A DNA stretch of 64,000 nt, taken from assembly GCA_965153455.1 (NCBI GenBank), contig OZ234493.1, positions 2,108,001 through 2,172,000 on the forward strand. Reading direction: 5' to 3'. The notes beneath the pieces are model-generated. The model searched no databases, had not been told where the DNA came from, and saw only the letters and a program-made list of their open reading frames with translations. Shown here piece by piece: positions 63,945-64,000 of the stretch (position 1 is the first letter of the stretch; each line of letters starts with the position of its first letter). The position numbers and the translations under genes were made by a program. This DNA is from Sphagnum compactum. Lineage: Eukaryota.

Positions 63945-64000
63945 GTATGGTTGCTCCTTTTTTTATTTCTTTGGAATCTTGAGCCCTTTCATTGTAAATC

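Overview
Eukaryotic land-plant genomic DNA, AT-rich with GT-AG introns. It is most likely a bryophyte; the repeat families and a Tcn1-like chromovirus suggest a peat moss such as Sphagnum (inference). Five apparently intact genes are present: a 7-exon TORTIFOLIA1/SPIRAL2-like microtubule protein (+, 3962-7920), an intronless BPS1/DUF793 gene (+, 36382-37482), a secreted IDA-like peptide precursor (-, 50194-50892), a short ERD7/senescence-domain gene (-, 56506-58618), and the first coding exon of a probable plastid-targeted LptF/LptG (YjgP/YjgQ) permease that runs off the right edge (+, from 63275). Region 13-35 kb is mostly decayed transposons. It contains a nested stack in which an SBT2-type subtilase pseudogene is split beside its catalytic Ser by a hAT-type MITE (8-bp TSD), which holds a full-length decayed Ty3/gypsy chromovirus (5-bp TSD GATAT), which in turn holds a solo LTR and an insertion in one LTR. 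Also present are a DYW-domain remnant, a Ulp1-protease remnant, a 109-bp CACTA hairpin element, several tandem repeats, a 5'-truncated LINE, and a ~7-kb frameshifted orphan reading frame (-, ~38200-45110). The strongest candidates for something new are the LptF/G-like gene and the IDA-like precursor. All family assignments come from recalled motifs, not database searches.
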